From IMG/VR virus record IMGVR_UViG_3300046167_000476, positions 813 through 64,812 of that record: a DNA stretch of 64,000 bases. One strand, given 5' to 3'. Each line of letters starts with the position of its first letter. The stretch's first letter is position 1. The stretch comes from a virus (lineage: Duplodnaviria; Caudoviricetes). The position numbers and the translations under genes are program-made. Under the pieces are notes generated by a model that was not told where the DNA came from, did not search any database, and saw only the letters and a list, made by a program, of their open reading frames with translations. Positions 9,219-19,347 of this stretch are shown here, piece by piece.

Positions 9219-11448
9219 TTATTTTATTATTTTTGAAATACTTCCGTTGTTGTCATATCGATTAAAAGATAATTGCACTTTTTTCTTTTGTGTTCTGTAT
9301 ACTGGTGAATACTTATTTTTATTACAAGCCATAGCAGCAAGTCCAGAACTTATCGTAGCATCATGCTTTGTTCTATTATTTATATTAAATCTTGCCCAGT
9401 CTTCAAGTGTTCTTTGAAAGTACATTTGTCCATAACCTTCTCCAGTATAACCAACATGATCTTCTATATATGTTTCTATAGAAGCTGCATGGGCTTGTTT
9501 AATATCTTCACTAGAGTTTGGTATTCCACCAATTTCTTTTTCAGTTACAGATAATTTGTTATATGCTTTATCAGGTCTATTTATAGAGAAGTTTCTATAA
9601 CCTCTTCTTCTTAAATAATATAGTAATCTAGGTTTATTATTCTCTGCTAGTATTGGCATACCATAGAAATGTAATGCCATTAAAACATCTTCAAAAAATA
9701 TCTCAGCTGTTTGCGGTCTAGCTATATACTCTAAAAAAAACATGTTAGATGGAGCATTATCCATATTAAACTTAGTTAAACCATGCAGAGACCCATTAGA
9801 TCCTCTTTTATCTACTGTTCCTGATATATCGTAGCTATCACACCCAAAAGCGCCTATATGCTCGTTACCAGGATATTTAAGACCATTTTTTATAATAACA
9901 TTGTTTTGCAAGTTCATCGATGGAATCCAAGACACGTAAAATCTACCATTGTTGTTTGGTTTAAATTCAACCATAGTGTCTTTAACATCGCCCCTCCATT
10001 GGAAACTACCTCTTGTTACTAAGCTCTTTGTTTCTAACCTCTTCATTGAAATCTATCTGTTCATATATCTTAGTTAGGTTATATAGAGATAATTTTGCTT
10101 CATCTCTAAAAGCATGTTTTTCTGTTCTTGGAAACTGACGGTAGTATTCGTTTAAACCGTCTTGATCACTTTTTAAACCATCTACTTCATTTTCCCAATG
10201 CTCTATTACTCCTGTGGTTATTAATTCACCACTTGGATCGACAGTTTCTTCACTTGGCGTATCGAATACAGGTACTCCATAAGCATCGATGAATCCTTCG
10301 TAATTCCATTCCATAGGTATGAACAAACTATATAATCCTGAGCTAGTCTGTCCGTTGCGGTTTCTCTCCCTGACGTCTGAAGCATAATATAATTTTTTAA
10401 AATTAGAACCACCTTTCTCTAAAGCATTCGATGTACTACCCATCATACACTTTCCTACTATTCTTTTACCTAAACGTAAACAAGTTTTAGTAACCCTCCA
10501 GTTGTTTAGTATATTATCAGGTCTTTCCCACTTACCACTTTCATCGTGGACTAATAGTTTTAATTTTTCCCCGTCGTACGAGTTGTCCCCGGTGTTTTTC
10601 CAGTCGATCGTCGTATCGAGCCCTTGTCTTTCTTCGGAGGCGATACCTTCGTCAAGTTTTTTTCGCGTAAGTTTGGAGGCCGGGACCCTGTACGCAAGCT
10701 CCGTCTTCGGCCTGTCCATACCGTCCTGGATTGGTTTGAAGAAGAACGGATAGTTAACTGAGATGGGTACGACCTTATCTGTAAACATCTTTTTTGCATC
10801 CTGACCAGACTTTGATAAAATGCCGAATCTGGAGTCTGTTGATATTGTAGCTTGATTAACCGTTTCGCCTGAGGCCATGAAAGAAAACCCTGACCGTCTG
10901 TTCTTAAGATAGCACATTCCGTAACAACGAACATCTGATTTACAAGCTTCCCAGAATATAAAGAATAGTCTGTTTGATTCCCTATAGTCTGCTGCCCCAA
11001 CATCAATCTTGGACCACTGCAAGAACATATAGTGAGTGCCAGTAATATAGTTACTATTACCATTATTTTTGAACCAAAAACCTTGCTCTCTTCTTTTAAA
11101 CTCTTCGTCAATATAATCATACCACTTTTCTTTAAATGCGTTAGGATATTTCTCCCAGTCAAATACGCTCTTTATCTTTAAAAGCTCTTTAGGGTAATCT
11201 AACTTTTCCCATTTTTGCTCTTGTTTTTTTCTCGAACGCTCGTATATGTTTTCAGGTTCTAAAGGTAAACCTATAACTAGGTTTTGTATTTGTATGACAT
11301 CACCTAAAGTTCCGTCTTTACTTATTATAACTATATCGTGATCAGGATTATAACCATAACTCCACTTTTTGTGTCTGTTATTTTTCTTTATAACTGATGG
11401 CTTAATATAATTATCTAGTGTTTTTACTAATGTCTGCTCGTACATCAT
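9219..11448 (-). CDS. terL: Terminase large subunit, split by a frameshift near 10010-10045
   Basis: ATPase half 10006-11448 with KNRRSGFS Walker A and LLVHDESGK Walker B; nuclease half 9219-10046 with GCDSYD and HDATISSG motifs. Confidence 0.9.
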
Positions 11449-11714
11449 TTAGACCTCCCTTCCGCAAAACCTTTAAAAGGTTTTTCTTTAGCGTTTTCAG
11501 TATCATTTATCATACTCTTCTCCTCTTCTATTCGAGTGAGTATCTCAAAAGCATCAAATATAGCTAGTTTCTTTGTAGCTGCTGCGTTCTTCAATCTATC
11601 AGCAGTTATATCATCACCTGAATCTACTATAGGTTCCTTAGCTACTTTTATTAATTCCTCAACTGCTCTTTGCCCAGCTTGGATTATATTGAGCTTGGTT
11701 TTCTTTGTGCTCAT
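11445..11714 (-). CDS. Probable terminase small subunit
   Basis: 89 aa helical protein overlapping the TerL start. Confidence 0.5.
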   Translation of the reverse strand: MSTKKTKLNIIQAGQRAVEELIKVAKEPIVDSGDDITADRLKNAAATKKLAIFDAFEILTRIEEEKSMINDTENAKEKPFKGFAEGRSK

Positions 11715-12267
11715 ATTTAATTACAATGTCTTTTGATTTCATACAATATAATAATTCATCGTTAACGACAAATTCAAATTCGCTGTTAGGTGTAAAACCT
11801 ATAACATCTCCTTTGTTTATTTTAAGAGCTTCTAAGGAGCTATTACCATATCTTAGTATTCCAATATGGTTTTTACGCTTCTTTAACTCTAACTCATCCT
11901 TACTAATTATAGGTGCCACAAAGCATCTATTATTGAAAGGTTTCCACGAGTTGTCTTTACCATATAAATATATTTGATCTAATTGACAAAAATATTTATT
12001 ATCTTTAAAGTATTTACTGCTATTTACCTCTTTACCTTTTTGGTTGTAGTATCTTCTAAATACATTGTGGTGAATAATAACCTCATCACCTACTTTTATA
12101 GGGGTTTTAAAGGCTATTGGCACAGATATTACTTTAGCTTTATTATTTATAAATTTGTGACTTTCTATTTTGGAATTTAAAACTAATTTCTTGTCACCTA
12201 TTTTTAACTCGTTGTCGTATCTTTCTCCTACTGGTTCTACAATAAAGTCATATACACTTCTCATCAA
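11659..12267 (-). CDS. Tandem (two-domain) GroES/Cpn10-like protein
   Basis: Domain 1 DFIVEP...AKVISVP...IKVGDEVIIHH; domain 2 KPFNNRCFVAP...INKGDVIGF...LYCMKSKDI. Confidence 0.6.
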   Translation of the reverse strand: MMRSVYDFIVEPVGERYDNELKIGDKKLVLNSKIESHKFINNKAKVISVPIAFKTPIKVGDEVIIHHNVFRRYYNQKGKEVNSSKYFKDNKYFCQLDQIYLYGKDNSWKPFNNRCFVAPIISKDELELKKRKNHIGILRYGNSSLEALKINKGDVIGFTPNSEFEFVVNDELLYCMKSKDIVIKYEHKENQAQYNPSWAKSS

Positions 12268-12491
12268 TACTGAAGATCATACTCAATGGATATTGCCATG
12301 TTAGAATTAAACTTCTTCCATGGCATTACCTCATTGTTTTTTTTGATATGTATATTATAAGAATTGTCTTCTTCGTCTAGCAGTATATAAGCTATCCTGT
12401 GACCGCCATAAACTTCTTGACCTACAGAGTAATGCATCGCATCATTTTTGTAGTCTGAACCTATGCTTATCTTTCTTATAATAGAACTCAC
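12264..12491 (-). CDS. Hypothetical protein
   Basis: 75 aa ORF translationally coupled to its neighbours. Confidence 0.6.
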   Translation of the reverse strand: MSSIIRKISIGSDYKNDAMHYSVGQEVYGGHRIAYILLDEEDNSYNIHIKKNNEVMPWKKFNSNMAISIEYDLQY

Positions 12492-12748
12492 TATTCCGCT
12501 ACTTGAAGAGTTTTTGATTCTTCAGCTTCTACCTTTTCAAAAGATCCATCAGCTAAGTTTACAGTGATATCACCGTATTGTTCCTTTAATTCTGATTTAA
12601 TTTCTTCTAACGCTTTAGCAGCTTCAAAATGTGCTCCTAAGAATTCTGCTTTTTTAGCTTCCAAGAAACCGATTTCAACTAATATAGCGTTAACCTTTCC
12701 TTGTCCTTCTTTTACTGATTTTAATTGTTCTTCTGTTAATTTTCCCAT
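12491..12748 (-). CDS. Hypothetical coiled-coil protein
   Basis: 85 aa; preceded by a late promoter motif. Confidence 0.65.
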   Translation of the reverse strand: MGKLTEEQLKSVKEGQGKVNAILVEIGFLEAKKAEFLGAHFEAAKALEEIKSELKEQYGDITVNLADGSFEKVEAEESKTLQVAE

Positions 12749-12777
12749 TTTATTTAATTTAATTGGTTATTTTTATA

Positions 12778-12806
12778 TATAATCACACTGTTTATTGTAA
12801 AATTAC
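12778..12806 (-). promoter_or_regulatory. Late promoter motif copy (GTAAT-N15-GTGATTATA)
   Basis: Upstream of the terminase/portal operon. Confidence 0.7.
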
Positions 12807-12831
12807 TCATTACGTAATTACTATACTTTAT

Positions 12832-13122
12832 TTACTTCAAAGCTACTATGTCAGTAGCAGTAGTACCTGTAGATAAAACATAGTCCACAATCACATTTAA
12901 AACCGATCCACTTTGAACGTTTTTAAATATAATAGCTTCGTTAGCTGTTGGAAGCCCTGAGCCAGAAGCCCCTGTTACACCAGAAAGTATTACCTTTACA
13001 TCACCACCGGTTCCTACGTACAAGCAAGAACTTTTTAAGTTAGTTGCTACACTTATTGTGTCGTTTTTAGTTACACTAGTAGCAAAAGTGCCAAAGTCTG
13101 GTTGATTTGCGTATTGTCCCAT
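12832..13122 (-). CDS. Head spike-base/decoration protein (RcGTA Rcc01079-like)
   Basis: LYVGTGGDVKV...FKNV.SG...V.STGTTATDIVAL pattern. Confidence 0.55.
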   Translation of the reverse strand: MGQYANQPDFGTFATSVTKNDTISVATNLKSSCLYVGTGGDVKVILSGVTGASGSGLPTANEAIIFKNVQSGSVLNVIVDYVLSTGTTATDIVALK

Positions 13123-13131
13123 TTTTTTTAT

Positions 13132-13539
13132 TTATTTATTTTTATTGAATAGTGGCCCTAGTTTGTCCACAATTTTTTCACCACTCCTACCTATTACATA
13201 ACCTCCAATACCTATTTCCAGTAAACCCCAAAATTGAGGTTCTAATGTAGGTGTTATTAGCTGTGCTGATAGTTGTGATATAAATTTAGTGTATATAATT
13301 ATAAAACCAAACGAAAGCATAAGTATTGGTCTCCAACTTCTCTGTAACCAATTACCACTAGCTTCAGCTACAATAATCTCAGTCTGCATTTTTTGGAGTT
13401 CTAGCTGAGCATCTTGTAACACTTTAAATATTTCATTTCTAGCATTTAATCTTTCTTCCTCGCTAGTGAATAGGTTGTCAACCACATCACCTACCTGTTT
13501 AAAAACTTTAGTACTGAAAAATTCTAATATTTTTTTCAT
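13132..13539 (-). CDS. Holin (3TM, GTA-type)
   Basis: WLQRSWRP motif followed by hydrophobic segments and GGYVIGRSGEK. Confidence 0.75.
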   Translation of the reverse strand: MKKILEFFSTKVFKQVGDVVDNLFTSEEERLNARNEIFKVLQDAQLELQKMQTEIIVAEASGNWLQRSWRPILMLSFGFIIIYTKFISQLSAQLITPTLEPQFWGLLEIGIGGYVIGRSGEKIVDKLGPLFNKNK

Positions 13540-13823
13540 TACATACGGTTAGGGTCGTAGTTTAATTTACCATTTTTAGTAATAGGTCTCGTTTTGCTTC
13601 TGCTAGTATCAAGATTTTTATCTAATTTCTTGAGGTTATCCCCAACTTTTTTTAAACCTCTTGTAACCATATTACCATCCTTGTTTTCGTCTCCTAATAT
13701 AGTGTCGCCACCAAAAATTCCATCTGTGTTTTTCTTTGGGCTTGGATCTTCTAATAAGTTTGGTGATAATCCTCTTCCTGTCTTAGGCATGTTCATTCTA
13801 CCTGGTGATTGTTTATAAGCCAT
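13539..13823 (-). CDS. Small basic hypothetical protein, possible capsid-internal protein
   Basis: 94 aa; N-terminus MAYKQSP. Confidence 0.55.
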   Translation of the reverse strand: MAYKQSPGRMNMPKTGRGLSPNLLEDPSPKKNTDGIFGGDTILGDENKDGNMVTRGLKKVGDNLKKLDKNLDTSRSKTRPITKNGKLNYDPNRM

Positions 13824-13854
13824 AATTTATTTATTTATTTATTTTTTAGTTTGT

Positions 13855-14163
13855 TTATGAATTTCTATACGCCTCAGCTTCCCAAGGTAGGTTTTTAGCT
13901 CCTTCTTTCATTTGAGCTCTTGAATATTTTTTACCTTTCCAATAAACGTAATTATTGTCATAGTCTAAGTCACCACGCTTCATTTGGCATATATGTACCA
14001 TTTCGTGATCTATAACACTTTGTTCTTTATCGGCACTTAAATTCTTATTAAGTATTATAGTACCATTGTTGTTGGCTTTACCTAAGACATTATCCTCCAT
14101 ATCTACTCTATATATAGGTGTATTGTTAATTGAATAAGGTGGATTGTCCAGTTTAAATGCCAT
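13855..14163 (-). CDS. Small zincin-like metallopeptidase
   Basis: HEMVH (HExxH) plus a downstream PWEAEAY motif. Confidence 0.65.
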   Translation of the reverse strand: MAFKLDNPPYSINNTPIYRVDMEDNVLGKANNNGTIILNKNLSADKEQSVIDHEMVHICQMKRGDLDYDNNYVYWKGKKYSRAQMKEGAKNLPWEAEAYRNS

Positions 14164-14185
14164 GAATTTTTTAGTTTATAATATA

Positions 14186-14215
14186 ATAGCAAGGAGCTTT
14201 TAAACTCCCTGCTAT
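14186..14215. terminator. Intergenic hairpin
   Basis: ATAGCAAGGAG-CTTTTAAA-CTCCCTGCTAT inverted repeat. Confidence 0.5.
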
Positions 14216-14229
14216 ATATTGTTTAGTAA

Positions 14230-14523
14230 TTATGCTATAACTACTGCAGTTATCTTAACGCCTGTACTGTTTTGTACAATTGACATGATACCACCTGGAT
14301 TAGCAGTAATTGCTTTTTGAACAGCTTCTGCCCATTCCTTAGCTTTTCCAGTTACAGTAAATAAGAAACTTTTTCCAATACTGTTGTAAACTGTAAATTT
14401 GTTTGCATCTCCAGTACCATTAGCTAAACCTTGTGCTACTGATACAATCTCTCCTAATAATAAATCAGAAGTTAAGTTAGCTACATTTACGTCTGCAGCT
14501 TTAATTTTAATGTAATTTGCCAT
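14230..14523 (-). CDS. Hypothetical, probably structural, protein
   Basis: 97 aa; leader contains tandem TGTTAAA repeats at about 14534-14560. Confidence 0.6.
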   Translation of the reverse strand: MANYIKIKAADVNVANLTSDLLLGEIVSVAQGLANGTGDANKFTVYNSIGKSFLFTVTGKAKEWAEAVQKAITANPGGIMSIVQNSTGVKITAVVIA

Positions 14524-14593
14524 AATGTTTTTTTGTTAAATGTTAAATGTTAAATGTTAATGTTTGGCTGAGTTTTATTACAGATCTCTACTG

Positions 14594-15016
14594 TTATTTA
14601 TTATTTCTAGCTTTTCTAGCCTTAAGCTTATCTACTCTTCTTCTTTTTGCTAGTGCTTTTGAGTTAATACCTTTCTCTGCACCATCCCCTGCTTCTATGC
14701 CTTCCTTAGTTTGTCTAGCTATTTTTTTATCCAACCTAGCGTTTCTTTTAGCTTTACGTTCGTTTTTGCGATCTTCTCTTTTTACTTCACGTTTGGATTT
14801 AGGAGCTTCTTTTTTAGTAGGTTTTGATTTATCTATTTTAGGTGTAGAATCTGATTTAACTCCTTTAGAAATACCTTCAGTCTTAACCGATTTAGCTACT
14901 TTATTTTTACCTGTTTTTTCAAATTCTTTTCTTCTCTTATACTTTGAAGCGTAAGCTTCCATGACTGGATCTTCAATTGTTTCTTTGTTAAAGAAAGGTG
15001 TTATTCTAAACGCCAT
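14594..15016 (-). CDS. Very basic Lys/Arg-rich protein
   Basis: 140 aa; N-terminus MAFRITPF. Confidence 0.55.
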   Translation of the reverse strand: MAFRITPFFNKETIEDPVMEAYASKYKRRKEFEKTGKNKVAKSVKTEGISKGVKSDSTPKIDKSKPTKKEAPKSKREVKREDRKNERKAKRNARLDKKIARQTKEGIEAGDGAEKGINSKALAKRRRVDKLKARKARNNK

Positions 15017-15021
15017 AATAT

Positions 15022-15345
15022 TTATTTTTTAGATTTATTTTTTTGACAAAAGTTTCTAGCAGCTTCTCTACTTCCAAAACCCCATTTTTTAAGCGCTTTA
15101 GCATATGGAGTAGGTTCTCCTTTAGCATTTTTCATAGCCCCTGACATTCCAGCAAACCTACAAGCAAAACCAACCCTTCTAGAGCTTGTGCCTTCAGTTA
15201 ACCTTCTACCCAATGTTTTACCGGTTTCAGCCTTATGCTTTGAACGCATTTTTTTGTTTCTTTTCTCGTACGAGCTTTCTGTTATATAAAAAGGTGATTT
15301 CATATTAGTATGTCCAAAGGACGTTTTGTGATTTATCTTTATCAA
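15022..15345 (-). CDS. Basic conserved phage protein; start probably at MKSPF (15303)
   Basis: RRVGFACRFAGM...ALKKWG motif. Confidence 0.55.
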   Translation of the reverse strand: MIKINHKTSFGHTNMKSPFYITESSYEKRNKKMRSKHKAETGKTLGRRLTEGTSSRRVGFACRFAGMSGAMKNAKGEPTPYAKALKKWGFGSREAARNFCQKNKSKK

Positions 15346-15664
15346 TGTCTACATGTATAAATGTTGAACCCATGCCTATTCTCTTGAAACCAACCTCAAT
15401 TAATATACTAGTGAGTTTAAATCTATCAATAGAGTTTTTACACGCAATATCAACAGCCAAGCCCTTTAAATGAGATGAACCAGGTTTACCACCTACCTCT
15501 TTATTATGCTCAGGTGTTCTATAGCCTGAATTTATAGTTATTGATTTGCCATACTTTTTACGAACAATGTCTAACATATTTATTAGCTCATCACTCACTT
15601 TTTCACCACTACCTTTTAGGCTTGGGCAATCAAATTCATCGTATGTAAAATACTTAAACTTCAT
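15305..15664 (-). CDS. Peptidase M15A-family endolysin
   Basis: INSGYR, SSHLKGLAVDI and FIHVD zinc-peptidase motifs. Confidence 0.85.
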   Translation of the reverse strand: MKFKYFTYDEFDCPSLKGSGEKVSDELINMLDIVRKKYGKSITINSGYRTPEHNKEVGGKPGSSHLKGLAVDIACKNSIDRFKLTSILIEVGFKRIGMGSTFIHVDIDKDKSQNVLWTY

Positions 15665-15868
15665 CTACTTATACGCCTTAGCTCTTAAAGTGATAGGCAT
15701 TTGATGACTACCGCATCCACAGTCCGCCTTACTAACTTCTAATCCTTGAGAACCTGAGCTAGATCCTTTACCCATTGGAAAACCTTCTTTACTTAAAGGC
15801 CCATCCCATACAGCGTTTTCACCTATTTGACCGGCTAAGTCTGCTTTTAGTTGTTTAATGTTTTTCAT
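15665..15868 (-). CDS. Hypothetical protein
   Basis: ATG at 15868 (MKNIKQLK...), in frame with the longer track ORF and directly after the upstream gene's stop. Confidence 0.5.
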   Translation of the reverse strand: MKNIKQLKADLAGQIGENAVWDGPLSKEGFPMGKGSSSGSQGLEVSKADCGCGSHQMPITLRAKAYK

Positions 15869-15869
15869 A

Positions 15870-16181
15870 TTAATATTTTTTATTACAGTTCTTTTTTGCA
15901 AGCGCGCTACCAAAAGTTCCAGGCACTTGTTGACCGAACATATTATCAGCAACTTGTTTTGTTTGATCTGAAAATAATTGTCTAGCACCACCCATCTCGT
16001 TTGATGGTTGGAATTTTGATATCGGCACACCTGTCATTGGGTCGATTATCGCTTGATTCACTGGGGCATCATAACCCATTTGAGCTGGTGCACCTTTACC
16101 TTCTTTAGCTTCTATAGCTGCTTTTAATCCTTCATTCAGGTTAGCCTCTTGCTTAGCATTTAAATCTAGTGGTGTGTACAT
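15870..16181 (-). CDS. Hypothetical protein
   Basis: 103 aa ORF within the operon. Confidence 0.55.
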   Translation of the reverse strand: MYTPLDLNAKQEANLNEGLKAAIEAKEGKGAPAQMGYDAPVNQAIIDPMTGVPISKFQPSNEMGGARQLFSDQTKQVADNMFGQQVPGTFGSALAKKNCNKKY

Positions 16182-16182
16182 A

Positions 16183-16626
16183 TTATCTATTTTTATCTCT
16201 ATTAATGTTTCTTATTGATGTTCTTAACACTTTATCAGTGTAAGTTTCCCCTGTTATAATACTATTTGATTTACCTGTCGGTATATCTTCTTCACCTAGC
16301 ATTACTTTGTATATTCTATTTATAAGTTGCTTACACTTGAAAGATACTTTATATATACTATATTTTATATCCTTTCTATTTCTATGACGCCAAACTGTTA
16401 TCCAACCTTCTTTCAAAAGTCTGTTCCAACGCCTGTTATCCCAACTATAAGAGTATACACCCATTTTAAAGTCATACTTTGAAAACAGGTCCATACAATC
16501 AAGATATATTAATAGCTCTAAATCAGCATCATTAATGTTGTTGTTTCTGCAAGCCCACCGTCTTATTATTCGATAGTGTTTCAACAAGTTCATATCTTTT
16601 ACGTCCCTTGCTTCTAGCCTTTTCAT
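16183..16626 (-). CDS. Hypothetical basic protein, possible winged-helix DNA-binding protein
   Basis: DLELLIYL...RLLKEGWI...Y.VS.K pattern resembles MarR-type wHTH. Confidence 0.45.
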   Translation of the reverse strand: MKRLEARDVKDMNLLKHYRIIRRWACRNNNINDADLELLIYLDCMDLFSKYDFKMGVYSYSWDNRRWNRLLKEGWITVWRHRNRKDIKYSIYKVSFKCKQLINRIYKVMLGEEDIPTGKSNSIITGETYTDKVLRTSIRNINRDKNR

Positions 16627-16886
16627 AAAACAACAACTACATCTTGAAATCTTATAATGTGATATTTTTCACCCTTATGTTCTATACCGTGACCAGCGTG
16701 TTTATCGTAGTATATTTGATCCCCAGCTTTAACACCTTCAACCTCGTTACCAACACTTACAACATCAGCCTGTATATAACGTATATCCTCTCTTTGAGAT
16801 TCAGCAAGTAGTAAACCACCTTTTGTTTTAGCAGTACCTACTTTATGTTTATTTATTATTAAATTTCTACCTATTGCTATCATCAA
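16623..16886 (-). CDS. groES: Co-chaperonin GroES
   Basis: TKGGLLL mobile loop, [14 protein letters not shown]; adjacent to groEL. Confidence 0.85.
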   Translation of the reverse strand: MMIAIGRNLIINKHKVGTAKTKGGLLLAESQREDIRYIQADVVSVGNEVEGVKAGDQIYYDKHAGHGIEHKGEKYHIIRFQDVVVVL

Positions 16887-18420
16887 TCCTTAAATTATTA
16901 ATTACACAATCAGTAGATAATATTGTTGAAGCGACAGATGCCGCGTTTCTTAACGCACTTTTAGTTACTAATAAAGGATCTATAATACCAGGAACCTATC
17001 ATGTTAACTGTACTACCCGTAACAACATCTAAACCTTCGCCCTCTTTTTTAGGTTTTTTGTATTCTTCAATACCAGCATTGTTCAGTATTGTATTAAACG
17101 GTGCTTTTATAGCTTTTAACAAAACTTGTTCTCCTATAGTGCTTGCTTTTATTTTGCTTGAAGCATTTAAAAGTGCAATACCACCACCTGAAACAATACC
17201 TTCTTTTATAGCCGCTTTAGTTGCGCATATAGCGTCTTCGACTCTATCCTGCTTTTCTTTTAATTCTATTTCAGAATTAGCACCAACTTTTACTATAGCT
17301 ACTTTAGCTGATATTCTACCAAGCCTTCTTTCAAGCCTTATGACTTCGTTAGGATTTTTAGTAGTTTCTATTTGATCTCTTAGGTCCTTAACTAACTTTT
17401 CTACATCTGGATTATTTTCCTCTACCTGTATTATAGTCTCTAGATCTGTTGTAATGCTTTTTAAGCAACTTCCTAGATATTCTGGTTGTATAAGGTCCAT
17501 ATCATCTCCAAGATCCTCATTTATCACTGTAGCACCTGTTAAAAGAGCTAAGTCATTTAATGTATCTTTCTTACTTACACCGTACGTAGGCGCGTTGATA
17601 ATATTTACTTTTATATTTCCTTTAACCTTGTTCATTGCTAAAGCAGAAATAACACTCTGTTCGCAATCAGCTATTATAATAAAGATTTATTATTCTTTAT
17701 AACGTACTCTAAAACACTTTGTATTTTTCTTATAGACTCAACTGGTGATTCCACTATTAATACTAATGCGTTTTCAAGCTCTGCTGCTCTTTTAGTTTTA
17801 CTAGTAACAAAATGTGAATTTACAAGTCCTTTGTCATACTCCACACCTTCAACTAGTTCAACTGAGGTTTCGTTATCCTCTGTCGGTTCCATAACAACAA
17901 CACCTGTTAAATCAACTAATCTAAAAGCATCACCAATTATTTTACCTAATTCAGGATCATTATTGGTTGATATTGTAGCTACTTGATCTAGCATGTCATC
18001 AGTTACTTCTACAGAGCTTTCTTTCAAGTAATCAACAACAGCTTCAACAGATTTATCAATACCCTCTTTTAAAGCTCTAGTGTTTGTTTTATCTAACACT
18101 TCGTAAGCCTCTGTAAGTATTGCGTGAGCAAGTACTGTAGCTGTGGTTGTACCATCACCAGCTTCTTTTACGGTTTTACGAGCTGCTTCTTTTAAAAGCG
18201 TAGCCCCCATATTTTCAACTGGATCTCTTAATATAACAGATTCTGCCACAGTAACACCATCTTTTGTTATAATGGGTTTACCTGTGTGATCTTCTAGCAT
18301 CACGCATTTACCGCTAGCACCTAAAGTAGAGCTAACGGCTTTAGTTAGCTTGTCTATACCTTTATAGACGTTTTTTCTAGCCTTCTCTCCGAAGTTTAGA
18401 TTTTTAACTATTGCATCCAT
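16867..18420 (-). CDS. groEL: Chaperonin GroEL, about 517 aa, with frameshifts near 17675 and 16990
   Basis: [21 protein letters not shown] and GIVSGGG motifs; shifted frame ends [30 protein letters not shown]...TAG at 16867. Confidence 0.93.
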
Positions 18421-18470
18421 AGTTTATTTAATTAAATTTTATTTGATTGTACCTATATAACTAGTAATTA

Positions 18471-18499
18471 TATTATTACTTGTTTTATAGTTTTTTTAC
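18471..18499 (-). promoter_or_regulatory. Late promoter motif copy (GTAAA-N15-GTAATAATA)
   Basis: Upstream of groEL. Confidence 0.7.
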
Positions 18500-18503
18500 C
18501 TAA

Positions 18504-18899
18504 CTACTCTTCAGCTTCAGGTTCAGGAGATTCTTCAACCTCAGGTTGTGGTGGTACAGGCTCTCCGATAGTTAGTGTAACACTTGTAGGTGTAATCAAA
18601 CTATCTATCTGACTTTGTATGCTCGCTTCAATGCTAGCAACTTGTTCGTCACCCATCGCTCCTTTAGTCCAAGCAACTACTTCATCATTTGTTAATTGAT
18701 CAAATGGTATGAAATTTGTTATTTGGCTTGTATCTAGAGTTTGTGTTCCAATGTTTGTAGCTGAGTAAAAGTCACCTTGTGGATCTTTTTGATCTGATAC
18801 ACCTGTTACAATCCAGTGCACATTGTACACTACATCCGCTTCGTTGTCTTGTTCTGGGTAGCAATCTACTGTTTTGCAATTCCAATTGTAAGTTGTCAT
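18504..18899 (-). CDS. Tail-fibre-associated protein
   Basis: VVYNVHW and FIPFDQLT motifs; downstream of the fibre genes. Confidence 0.5.
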   Translation of the reverse strand: MTTYNWNCKTVDCYPEQDNEADVVYNVHWIVTGVSDQKDPQGDFYSATNIGTQTLDTSQITNFIPFDQLTNDEVVAWTKGAMGDEQVASIEASIQSQIDSLITPTSVTLTIGEPVPPQPEVEESPEPEAEE

Positions 18900-18945
18900 A
18901 ATTTTTGTTTTAGTTTTGGTTTATTTATTTATTTATTTATTTATT

Positions 18946-19347
18946 TTAACACGATAATGTTGATCCTGCCCAAGCTGATCCAGTCCAGTACCTATAAAGT
19001 ATACTAACTTTCCACCATCCTGCGGGTGCAAGTGTTCCTGATGTATCAGAATATATAGGATCATTAAAATCAAAAGCTTGAACAGTGGGATGTTGTTGAT
19101 ATATTATTTCAGTTAATGATAAAGAGCATATATTAGTAAGTGTTGATTGAGTACCGGCCGCATAATCCCAATACTGTTCACCTCCATAGTTTCTAAAATT
19201 AAGTAAGTTATTTTTACTACCACTGTAATTAGAATCAAAACTAGAACTTGTTGCGTCTGCGAAGCAATCAACTAAATCATCTGTCGTTGGATTAACCTCA
19301 TCAACAACGTTCTGCAGCGTAAAAGTAGTTGTATTTGGTACTGCCAT
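18946..19347 (-). CDS. Hypothetical virion protein, possible fibre tip partner
   Basis: 133 aa coupled to the stop of fibre 2. Confidence 0.5.
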   Translation of the reverse strand: MAVPNTTTFTLQNVVDEVNPTTDDLVDCFADATSSSFDSNYSGSKNNLLNFRNYGGEQYWDYAAGTQSTLTNICSLSLTEIIYQQHPTVQAFDFNDPIYSDTSGTLAPAGWWKVSILYRYWTGSAWAGSTLSC

